DNA of 64,000 nucleotides from the human T2T-CHM13v2.0 reference genome, Homo sapiens, in assembly GCF_009914755.1 (NCBI RefSeq), contig NC_060925.1, one strand, 5' to 3'. Under the pieces are notes generated by a model. It ran no database searches. It had not been told where the DNA came from and was given only the letters and a program-made list of their open reading frames with translations. Shown here one piece after another: positions 22,678 through 34,376 of this stretch. A program made the translations under genes and the position numbers. Each line of letters begins with the position of its first letter. Within the stretch, counting starts at the first letter, position 1.

Positions 22678-23400
22678 TTCCTTCATTTAATAGATATTCC
22701 CCAGCACTGCCTATGTGCCAGGCACTATTCTCAGCACTGGGGACACAGCAATGAACAAAACATAGTTCCTGCCCTCTCACAGAGCTTACAGTCTGGTGGA
22801 GGAAACAGAAGCACACTAGTAAATACCTGGAGAAAAATAAAGCAGGAAAGGAAGAGGATAAGAAGTGCCATGGAGTGTGCAAATTCATCGTGGGTAGTGT
22901 GGGAAGGCTTCACTGAAGGGTGATGGAGAGAAGTGAGGGGGCCATGAGAGTCTCTGGAAAAAGAGCTCCAGGCAGAGAGCACAGCAAGTGCAAAGGCCCT
23001 GGGGCAGAAGCTTGTCTTACAAAGAGCAGAGCTTGGCCAAAGCCCAGGGAGCAGGGCGAGAGCCATAGGCAGAGGTCAGGGAGGAGCTGGAGCCGGCACA
23101 TGCAGGCCCGTGAGGGCTTCGGGGGACACGGCGTAGGAGCGGCAGGGTGTGTGGACCTTAACAGGATCACTCTTGTTGGGCTGAGAACGGACCACAGTGG
23201 GGAAGGTGGGAGCAGGTGACTGTAGGACACTGTGATCACCCAGGTGTGAGCTACCAGTGGCTTGACCCAGAGGTTGGGAAAAATGGGCAGATTCTAGATA
23301 CGGTTTCAGGGCCAAGCTGCCAGGATTTGCTAATGATGTAAGACAGAGTGGCTTTCGGTCCAAGCATCTAGAAAAATGAAACTGCCTATGCAGAATGTCC
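22678..23400 (-). mobile_element. L2 3' end
   Basis: cattccttcatttaatagatatt...ctatgtgccaggcactattctcagcactggggacacagcaatgaacaaaac. Confidence 0.7.
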
Positions 23401-23459
23401 ATCTTGCTTAACTGAATGAGTGACTTTGCCGCTCTCCTTCAGAAGATGCCTTTCCCCAC

Positions 23460-23875
23460 TGATATGGTTTGGATCTGTGTCCCTGCCCAAATCTCATGTC
23501 AAATTGTAATCCCCAGTAATGGAGATGGGGCCTGGTGGGAGGTGACTGGATCATGGGGGCAGTGTCTTATGGTTTAACACCATCCCCTCTTCATACTGTC
23601 GTCACTATAGTGAGTTCTGAGATCTGGTTGTTTAAAACTTGTGTGACACATCCCTCCCGCTCTTGCTCCTGCTCCAGCCATGTAAGAAGCACCTGCTTCC
23701 CCTTCACCTCCTGCCATGATTGAAAGTTTCCTGAGGCCTCCCCAGAAGCCGAGCAGATGCCAGGAGCATGCTTCCTGTATAGCCTGCAGAACCATGAGCC
23801 AATTAAACCTCTTTTCTTTATAAATTTCCCAGTCTTCAGTATTTCTTTATAGCAATGCAAGAACTGACTACTATA
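23460..23875 (+). mobile_element. MaLR solo LTR (MSTA-like)
   Basis: tgatatggtttggatctgtgtccc...gaactgactactata; 5-bp TSD cccac/cccat. Confidence 0.88.
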
Positions 23876-24906
23876 CCCATCTTTGACCACTTAAAAGACT
23901 TTAAAGAGATATAAAGCAAGTGTGGGTAATGGGCACAGTTTGTCTACCTATGTTATACATTTCCCAACCTCCACGCCACCAACCCTCCTGTGGTATGTGG
24001 TTTTGCTACTGTTTAGGTTCTTAGAGTGGCTTACTGACTTTATTTTTTACACACCTATCCAAAAGGCTCCAACTTATTACCACTTATTTAATTCATAGTT
24101 TAATCAATTTGTTCCCCAATAAATACACAGAGGTAACACATATTCCCAAAGACATAATTCTAAATCTGGAGTTCACAGCAAAATGGGACTAGGCACAGCA
24201 GATGATTAGGCTGAAAATCATGCTACACTTCTGGGTTTCAAAGTCCAAGAAGAAATGGATTTGTAAAAAAACTATTAGAAAAGAAAATAATCTTTAGATT
24301 TTTTAAAACTAACACTATTCTCTCCAAGCTACTATTTCATGAAACACACAGGTATGTGTGCACATACACAGGCACACACACACACACTTCAAAATGTACA
24401 AATGCACTGTCACAAAAACGTGCTGCGTACACTGCATGAACTCTTAAGACTTGGATAAAAATTAATTCAGCTATAGAAATAGATGAGATAGAAAAGTACA
24501 CTCGTTAAAAATGTAACCCCTTCAACTGGAACAGTAATGAATTAAATAAACTTTTAAAATAATTTCTTTAAGGAATGTCAAAGAGGCCTGAGACACAGTT
24601 CTGCAGTATGCGCTGTGCTGTGGACAAAGGGTGGGTTCACTGATGTGCAGGTGGACCGCCTCCCAGATACGAAGTTGGATGCATGACCCGGAGTTCAGAG
24701 GAGAAGTCCTTGGAGATAGGGATCTGAGTGTCATCAACCTGTAGATGGTGTATAGATCACGTTGGGACTGAGTTTAGAGGAAGAGCACGGAGCCTGGGGC
24801 TGGGCCATGTGGAGCCCTAATGTTCAGAGATCAGGCGATGATGGGACTCACTGAAGATGGTGAGAAAGTGTAACCAGTCAAGGAAGAGGAGGATCAAGAA
24901 AGAAGG

Positions 24907-25279
24907 TGATAGGGTTTGTCTGTGTCCCCACCCAAAATCTCATTTGAATTGTAATCCCTATAATCCCCATGTGTCAAGGGAGAGACCAGGTGGAGGAATT
25001 GAATCATGGGGGCAGTTTCCCCTATACCATTCTGGTGACAGTGCATGAGTTCTCATGAAACCTGATGGTTTCATAAGCGTTTGGTAGTTCCTCCTGCATG
25101 CATTTTTCCTTCCTGCCACCTTGCGAAGAAGGTGCCTTGCTTCCCCTTCACCTTCCACCATGATTGTAAGTTTCCTGAGGTCTCCCCAGCCATGTGAATG
25201 AGTCAATTAAACCTCTTTTCTTTATAAATTACCCAGTCTTGGGCAGTTCTTTATAGCAGTGTGAAAACAGACTAATACA
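24907..25279 (+). mobile_element. MaLR solo LTR (THE1-like) inserted in an L2
   Basis: tgatagggtttgtctgtgtccccacccaaaatctc...gaaaacagactaataca; L2-like sequence on both sides (~24580-25560). Confidence 0.88.
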
Positions 25280-28200
25280 GGCAGTGTCCAGGAAACCAAG
25301 AGGACAAAGTCCTGCATGGACGAGCGAAGGATTGACTGTGTCAAATGCTGCCGATGGCTCAGGAAAGAATAGAAGTGAGAACTGACTACTGACTTCTGCA
25401 AGGTGAGGGTCATCATTGACTTGGATAAGAGCAGCTTCTGAGGTGTGAGGAGCCCAAAGGCCCACCTTGAATAGGTCTGAGAGAAGCCAGGAGGAAAGAT
25501 ACGGAGGTGAGCAACACAGTCACCTTCTTCTGGAGTTTTTCTTTAAAGGAAACAGAGAAATCTGGCAATATGGCCCTTCAGCCAAAGTATTTTTAAGGTG
25601 GAAACCTTAAGTCTGGGTATGCTTAAGGAGCACTCTCCTGGCCCAGGAGAGTGGCAATGGCTGGAGTGAGGTACTGGGGTAGGTGAGGTGGGATGGGAGC
25701 CAATGCCCTCCCATAGGAGGTGCAGCAGCTGAGACCTGCAGCACGCAGGGTCTGGCATGGACTCCTGGGATCTCACCATCTGAACTTATCATTCCCTTCG
25801 GACATAAGCCCCAATAACACACCACCTAACTGGGCTTGGTCAGCCAGGTGGTTCCTATCAATTCCAGTCTCTTCCTCTTCCGTGTAAGCCCACTGGGCTG
25901 AATTCCCAGCTTTCCTTGCAATAAGTGAACTTGAGTTAAGACAATATAGTCATTACTCTCAAGGAACAACATAACTTTGTGTGTGTGAAAACAACACTGC
26001 TTAACAAAAAGCCATTCTAAACAACCAAGGCAAATGCACAGGTGCTGGGTGAGAGAGCCATCACATCCCTGATGGGCACTCCCAGGGGCTGCCTGGAAAA
26101 TGCGGGCTTTGTTCAGGTGTGGAAGTGATGGGGAATGCAGAGGGGGCCATGTGCCAGGAAACTAGTGCAATAAACAGAGACTGATGCATTGTGTGTGCAA
26201 AGCATTACCCCAGGACCCAAGTCAAGAAGGGACTTGGGAGGAGACAGAAATGGATCTTAGCACCAGTGTTATGACAGAAGTAACACAAAGAACTACAGAG
26301 TGTGGAGGGATTTGGGAGGCTCGTTAGAGGAGCAGGGCTGAGTATTGGCTTTTGAAGGCTGGGTAGGATTTGGCAATGGCAGGGCCCAGCAGGCAGCAAA
26401 AGGTGAAGGGCGACAGGAACAGGTCAGATTCTGAGGCCAGCACTCACAGGCTGAGTTTAAACTGGATCCTGTAGGTGAGGCAGCCACAGACGGCTCTGGA
26501 GAAAAGCATGACACAGGCAGAATCATGTTTAGTGATGCTCAGTGGCACCAACATTGGAGTTCTAGAGATAGGGTGGCCAGAGCAGTGGCAGAGGGAGTAA
26601 AGAGACCACACTGAGTCACTGACTACTTCATGCAGACACCAGGATTGGGGTCTAACTGGAAAGGGGGAGAAGGCGTCCAAGACAATGTTAAGGTTCTGAG
26701 TGTGAAGGGCTGGGTGTGTCATCTGAGATCTGGATGTGGAAGGAGATGCTGTTGGTGGGAAGTGGAAGGCTTGGTTTGCACATGCTAAGTGTGAGGTGTG
26801 AATTTCCCAGGCAAAAATGCTCAGGAGGCATCAAAACCAGTGTCTGCAGTTCAGGGGTGAGGTCCTGGCTGGAGACCCAGATGTAGCAATGTCGGCACAG
26901 AGATGAGGCCTGGGGCTAAGGAGATGGGTGACACTACCAAGGGAGAATGCTCAAGGCAAGAGGAAGTGAGTCTCACTGATCAGGTATGGGAGCTGCCATC
27001 ACACCTGTAGCAGGTAGACTGATGGGCAGCGTACCCTTCCTCTCCACTTGTCTGGGTCTCGCCCACCCTTCTGGGCCCGGCCCCACCCACTCCGGGAAGC
27101 CCTCTCTAGCTATTCCATCCCCCAGGCATCCTTCCTTTGCTGTGAGCTTCTCAGCTCTGGCCATCCCCACCTTAGCAGTGGGTCTTGTGTTGCCACCTTG
27201 GTGTAGTCCCCAAGCACCTTGAGGGCAGGATGACAGTTAACCCCCATGGGACACTGCATTTTCTGACACAGAGCACCCAAAAGGCACTGATTAAGTAGAT
27301 CCTCCTCCCTGATGAATTAATAAATTGATCAGTCACTGAAATGGAGGTCAAGAAAGAAATTAAGGCAAGTTTAATTAGAGATTAAAAGACTCATATAGCA
27401 TCTACTCTTTTGTGTCTGGCTTACTGATTCATGATGAACTAGGTCTACATGTATCAACATGGATGCACGTCAAAAACACTGTTGAGTAAACATAACAAGT
27501 TACAGATGTATGTTAAACCAATTTGAATAGTCATGAGCACTATATCTACCAAATATTTCAGGTTCTCCCAAGCACACGGTAGGAATGCACTTCTCTACTC
27601 CCATGGAGCTAGGTGAGGCCATGTGACTTGCTTTGGCCATTTAAATGTGAGCAGAAGCTTCTGGGTGGAACCATTGTTTTCTTCTTCCTCTCTCAGCCTC
27701 TACTGGCCTGGATCTAAGGAACAGAGCTCCATAGCAGATCCTTCTCAAATGTGTACAGGAGTGAAATACATATGTTTGTTGTATTAAAAAAGAAAGAAAA
27801 AAAAGGAAGAACTGAGTCTAAGGCAAAACTGTGGGATTGCAGAGGAGTGTGCCCAGTGATTCTGGGTGTGGGCACTCTTGGCAATTTGGGGGAACAAGAG
27901 GTTGTAAGGCTGGTGGAATGGAAGGTCAGCATCTCTGGCCTCGTCCCTGAAATGCCAGTTATGTGGCAACCAAAATGCCCTCCCCCTCCTTCACCATTTC
28001 CAAACACTCTGCGGGGTGATGCCAGCCCCAAGAGAACCATGAATGTAGAAGAATCACCAGAAGTGAGAGTGGGAGGCATGGTCCCAGCTTGAGATAGCCA
28101 GGCTGGGGGAGGAAAGGATCTGACACTATAATCAGTTCCATACGTGCTCAAATTGCATGTGACAAGTTGAAAGGGAGAGGATACCTTCCATATCTGACAG

Positions 28201-30183
28201 AACAGATGGGACTGTCCCAGACAGAGATTGACAAAATGGATATACTAGTAGTAAAATGCACCAATGTCCATTTTTTGAGCAGCTATGAATTATAGCCTTC
28301 ATATGGGGTCTCACAAGGTCCTCTGAAAATCCCACATGTTATTTTCCCCCTTTTACAAATGTTATTCTCCCCCTTTTACAGATAAAGAAACTGAGGGCGG
28401 GAGAGCTGGGGGGCTAGTCTCAGGCAGAACAGAGGTAAGTGGGGCAGAGATGACAGAACTCAACCGAGAGGATTCTGAAGCAGAGCAGGTGGGACTAAGT
28501 GAAGACCTGGAAGGAGGTGGAGAGGGAGTAGGACCCATACCAGCTGGAGGAAGAGAAGAGGACTTGTGGGTGATGTTCCCCCTCCTTCAGCCATTGCAGA
28601 CCGTGTAGGTAGAGACATCCAGCAGGGAGCTGGGCACGGAGTGGCTCCTGCCAGCTGCCTTTCTGGAGGCTCAGGCTTCCTGAGGTCTCAGAGCACCTGC
28701 CTCTCAGGGAAGATGCGAACCTCCCCGGGCACACACAGACTGCTGCTGGGGCAAGCTCCTGGGACACCAGGAAACACTCAGCAGCCCTCAGAGACCACAG
28801 AGAACCTCTGAAGCAAGAAGGAAGAGGGCCAGTCGCTGTGAGCAGGCGCTTCATCAATCCTGCCTCTGTGTGGCCTCTAAGGGATCCAGTGGCATGAGAA
28901 CACAGAGACACACGAGGGCGCTCTAACCAAACAGCAGGAGGACCCGCGTCCCTCCCCACACGGAAAGAGGGTTGGCATTTTCAAAGACCTTTGGTTCAGT
29001 GTTTTTTCAACGCAGCTGCTATTGGTATTTTAGGCAGTAGGTTTCAGGGGCATTTGCTACCCCTGGCCCCCTTCCCATCATTGACTACCCTGCTGCCCAC
29101 ATTTCCAAGCACCCTCTCTCCTGAGAGCCCCTGCTGGTCAGTGCCACCAGAAGATGCCAACTGGTGGCCCTGGGGAGGGTGGCAGTCTCTGTTGTCCCCC
29201 AACCTTATGGAGGACTCCCGTGCCTCCCACGCTGACCCTGTGAGTTAGGCGCTTGCAGGTGCTAGAGGATCAGAGGCCCCCAGTGACAGCCATGTTGGCC
29301 CCAGCTCATGGGGACTGTCCTGCACAGGAAGCGCATTTTCCTCTACGTTGTTGTCCTTCAGGGCTGTGCAGGACCAGGCCACCCTGATCACACCAGGGAC
29401 ACAGACACAGGACCCTGAGACAGAACGCCATGGGACCTGCTCACAGACACCCAAATCCCAGGAAGCAAACATGTGGCCACACAAAACACAGCTGGCACAA
29501 AACTTCCACAAAGCACGTCTGAAACACGGCACCCTTCCAGAGCCCAGACAGTCCCTGAAGCTGTGAGCTCTGAAACGTTTAGACCATTCGTTTCCCAAAG
29601 TCAAGCATCAAAGGTGAATAACTATGAATGAGATTCAAAATATTCACCAACCATTGAGCCCTGGGCCCCAGCCAGTCAGGATAGGGACCAGTGGAAACAC
29701 CTGGTGCATACAGTGTGCAGTCAGCCCTGCAAACAGCCTAGTCGGCTGAGCCCAAGTGCCCCATGGGAAACCAGACATGCCAAGATGGCCATTGGGCAGT
29801 ACAGAGATGACTTTTGGAGAATACATGTCAAGAGAGACAGAAGTCTGGACATTTGCTGGGATACTGGGATGGCAACTCCAATGCAGGAACTAGAAACCTG
29901 GCCAGGATCTGAGAAAATGAGGGGCTGGAGAAAGACCCAGACCTCTCCAGATCCTCAACAAATACCCAGCATCACCCATCCCCACCAAGAAGCCCCACGG
30001 CATTCTTAAACAGAGGGGCCTGAGAGTCCCAGGAAGGTGATGTCTGCTGAAAGGCATCGCTGGGACCACAGGGCACCTGTGGGCAGAGCCCTTGCCAACT
30101 GAGCCACTGCTGCCCGTGAACACCAATGGGCACCAGCTCTTATTCCACGGAAGCAGACGATGGAAACCAAACATGAGTCTTAC

Positions 30184-30329
30184 CCTCCTTCGAAGATTTT
30201 GATCCTCGCCGGCTCCCCTCTCTGGGAGGCAGGAGCATCCTCCTCCGGCTCCCCTCTCCTCTCTTCTTCCTTCTCCACTCTAGCTAGATCTTTCTGGCCT
30301 TCCGGGGAAACCAGTGAAGGGAGGTGAAC
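30184..30329 (-). CDS. HIVEP3: HIVEP3 next coding exon (146 nt), [49 protein letters not shown]
   Basis: gggccag|GTT acceptor and GAAGGAGG|gtaaga donor. In frame with the preceding phase-0 donor. Ends in the ZAS-conserved RIKIFEGG that precedes the C-terminal finger pair, which is not in this window. Confidence 0.93.
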
Positions 30330-31869
30330 CTGGCCCACCGCAGGAATGACAAAATCATTGCTGGTTAAAAGTGCATCCTCAGTCACGAATGCAATGCTAA
30401 TAATCATGCCTTACACAGTACTGCACAAGTACACATATGCAATCTTCACACTCCCCCATGAAGAGGTGCTATTAGCTCCACTTTACAGAATTAAGGAAAC
30501 TGATCCCCAGAGAGAATTCCCTTATCCAAGGCCATGCCATTAGTTGGTGTTACAGCTGGAACCCTGTCTCTTTCATGTTAACCTCCCATAAGACCTGTGT
30601 TTGTTCTCTGTCTTTTACACTAGTCTGGGAACTCCTGGGGACAGGTCCTCATCTTGGTCTCCTTGGGCACCCCAGAACCCCATACAGGGCCTGTCTCAGA
30701 GAAGAGGCTTAAATAATGTTGAACACATGAACAAGGCTCCACTCTGCCTTTGGAGATGAACTGGTCCAGTTCTTATTTATAGATCAGAAAGCTAAGGTCA
30801 CCCAGCGAGTTAAGGGCAGAGCTGGGAGCAGAGCACAGGTCTCTTGCTTCCAGGATCTTGGCCCTCCTGAGCTAGTACCAAAGGCCAGGAGCTGGGCTGA
30901 GGACCCTGACCAGCAGGACGTCCCCAATTCCACCATAGAGACAGGCACAGAGAGGCTGTGCAGGCTCTGGGCTGTTAGTCCTGCAGGACCCACGCTCTTT
31001 ACAGAGCCACACCTCAGTGATGAGAGCTAGCTTAAGGGGAGAGCTGGCATTGGCTTTGTGCTTCCTGGACATCTTCCACTATCCCAAGAACACGTCCTGT
31101 AAACACTGCAGTGTTGTCAGGGGTGGGTGCACTTTTGCCTAGGGAGCAGAAATGCTGTGCTTAGGGGCTGGGAGTGAGAATTTCCTCCTACTTCATGCCA
31201 CTGTCATTAAGGTCATGAAAAACCATGCTGTTTCCATCCAGTGAATGAAGCAACCACATTTCCTGATGCTGGGGCAATCTAAGAATGGCAGTCCCCTTTG
31301 CCAGCCACCACACCTGCCCCCACAAGGACAGCATGGGGCTAGGTAGAAAGGTGACTGGCTGGGAATCAGGGAGTCTGAGTTCCAGCACCAGATAGGCCAT
31401 GGCACACTGGGCTGCCGTTTGGTGGATGACTTCACCTCTCTGGGCCTCAGAGTCTGAGGGGATTTAGACCATCTTGAAGATCAATTCCAGGGCAACTTCT
31501 GTGACTCAGTGACCACCAAATAATCTCTTCAGATTTGGAGGAGGGGAGTGGAAACCGAGCAAGAATCTGGACTGCTGCTTTGGCAGAAGGCAGCTAGTTT
31601 TTTGCAATACCCTTGGGTTTCCAGAGCCTACCATTTCCACTGCACCCCGGCCTGAGATCTAGACTGTCCATGTAATGACCAAGGTGCCTCCCACAGGCAA
31701 ACAGACTACTTCTCCCTCACAGCCTGCCGTGATATCTGGGCCACACTGGAGGAGGCTGGTTTGGGTGGCAGTGTACCACTTTCCCAGGAAACACAGTGTT
31801 GGAACTGAGCAGGGACCAGGGATCCATTTTAGCTTTTGATGACAACAATATGAATAAGTATAGTTAAAA

Positions 31870-32105
31870 ATACTTACTGAGTGCCAGTGTGGCATACACT
31901 GTTCTAAGCACACTCTGCATGTCTTAACTCATTTAATTATCTCCACAGTCCTATGCGCTAAGTGTTATTATTATCCCTATTTTACAGAGGATGAAACTAA
32001 GGCTCAGAGAGGTGAAGTTATTGGCCCAAGGTCACATAGCCAGTAGGTAAGGTAGTGGGATTCAAACCTGGGCAACTTGGTACCTGAGTCCTTGTTCTTA
32101 ATCAC
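31870..32105 (-). mobile_element. MIR
   Basis: attttacagaggatgaaactaaggctcagagaggtgaagt...cccaaggtcacatagc. Confidence 0.8.
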
Positions 32106-32724
32106 TTTGTGACAGTGCTGTGTTGTTGTCAAAATGATTCCCAAGGAGGAAAAAGGAAAGAATGTGGCTACAAAGTGGACTCTGAACAAGCTGGGGTTTC
32201 TCCAGGGTTTATACGTGGAAGAAAAGATCTATGACCAAACAAAAACATCATGGGGTGTCCTAGACCTGCATGAAGATGGTTTGGAAGAGCTTCAAAATGC
32301 TAAGATAGACCTAAGGACTTTTTCAGAACTACTAACAGAGAATGGAAGCCGCAAGCTGACAAATGTCAGCTCAGTACAGTAAAGAACCTTCTTAGAGCAC
32401 TGTCCAAAGATGAATTGGACTGCATCATGAGATGGTGAGTTCCTCTTGCTGGAAGTATGCAAGCAGAGACCAGAGAGAGGTGTAGTTGTATAAAAGGCCT
32501 TAAGCCATAGACCATGTGGTTATACTAATGTACCAGATTGGTGCAATTCTGGAAGGAAACATGCCAGTGAACCAAACAGAATATTCCAAGAAAAAGTTCG
32601 CAGGTTTTAGGAGCACTATAAATAAATAATTGCCGAATCCAAATTAACACTTCCTTTCTCTTAAATGGCCTGTAACATTTTCAGTCATTAGAAACTAGAG
32701 GCAGCTTAGATAATTCAAAAGGGC

Positions 32725-32925
32725 ATTGGAGTAAAATCTAGTTTTGATCTAGGCTCTGCCATTTACTGTGTGGCCTTGTGAAAGTTACTTAACCTCTCTT
32801 GTATTTTGGTCTCCTCATCTATGAAATGGTGATATTGCACCCTAACTTTCAAGTTGGTTGTGAGGAGAAAAGTAACATTTAGCATAGTACTTGGTACATA
32901 ATAGGTATCCAAAAAGTTAGCAGTA
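32725..32925 (+). mobile_element. MIR
   Basis: ggctctgccatttactgtgtggccttgtgaaagttacttaacctctct. Confidence 0.7.
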
Positions 32926-34376
32926 TGAATAATTATAACAGCATCTTGGGAGTGGCCACAGCTAGTAAGAGACGCTGAAGAGGAAATTAGCAGGACATTA
33001 ACACAAAAGTGGAAATCTTGGTCAGGGATGTCTGTAGACTGACAAAGACATCTAGGGAATAAATTTGGAAAACAGTTCTGTGAAGAACATCCAGTCAAGC
33101 TAAGGACAAATTCAATGCACAAAGTTCACTGAATGACAAAAGGGGAAGATAAGAGAGCACAGGAAATTATAGAACACAGTTGTGCTCACTTATCTACAAT
33201 ATGAATTTGGTTTAGGGAATTTAGACCTAATTTGGTCAGAGCTTCTGGTCTGAAGACACACTAATAAACATTTTTTAATTTGCAGTCAACTTTTAAGATT
33301 TTCTCTCCTCAAATAATTAAAAGAAGAAAAATAGACTCTTTGGAGTCAGATAGGTCTGGGTTCAAATTCTGGGTTTGTTCAACATTTGCCAGATTATCTT
33401 GACCTTTCTCAGACTCTGACCCTCAGTTCCCTAAGCTATAGAAGGGAGATGGTTATGTTACTTCAGAGGTGGAGGTGAGCAGTGACCAGATTCAAGGGCC
33501 CAGCACAGTGTCTGGCACCATGAGGCTGCTCAGTAAACAAGACCAGCTGTTATTCCACAAATGCCAAGTCAGCACAATCCAAATCCCTAGGCTGGCCTTG
33601 TCAGGGTATGGTGGTGGCTTTTGTCTGACATTTGAAATTATTGAATTTCAAACTTGCTGAGCTTTCAGGGGACGAGTTCATTTTATAGCTCCTGATGTAG
33701 CCTCAGATCAAAGGCAATGAAAGCGTAAACATTAGCGTTTCTTGACCACGTAGCACAAATAGGTCAAACTGTGAGTGGCATTGCCATCCACTGGTAAGGA
33801 GGGATACTGCAGCTCAGCTCCATTTGCTGTCTTACTCCCAGAAAAGGAAGAAGGAATATTTCAGGAGTTGTTTGTGCCAAATTCTAGAATCTTGGAAATG
33901 GGAAGATTTAAAGTGGTACTAGAGAATGGAAACAGCAGATGTAAGAATTAAGAAAAGCAGGAAAAGACTAACAAGACAAGGGATATCCATATAATGAAGG
34001 AGAGGTAAAAAGTTCTAAAATTGCTACAGGCATTCCTGTTAGCCAAGTTTTCCAACTCAGTCTTTTGGAAAATTTCTTTTTTTTCTTACTGAGACTGTAT
34101 CTTTGATTTCACAACAGAAATTCATGGCAGAGCAGGATCACTTTATGGCTAACTTTATTGAAGTGTATCTATTCCAATGATATGAGGGATACAGTGACAA
34201 AGAAACTCAATAAACATGTTTCCTTGTAAGGTGACCAGTCTCAGCTTTCAGAGAGGAAATCTGACTACTAATCTGGCTCTAGTTCTGCAACTGGAACCTG
34301 AGGATACTGTGGCTTTAAAAGCTCGCCAAGTGCTTTTGCAAATCAGTGATGAGAAGAAAAACAAGGCTGAACTTAC

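Noticed and set aside
23460-25279. The two MaLR LTRs as ends of one provirus, or as intact DUX4 sites
   Set aside because: They look like different subfamilies, the first has its own TSD, and no internal MaLR sequence was recognised between them. The DUX4-like sites are degenerate (gactggatca, gaattgaatca).
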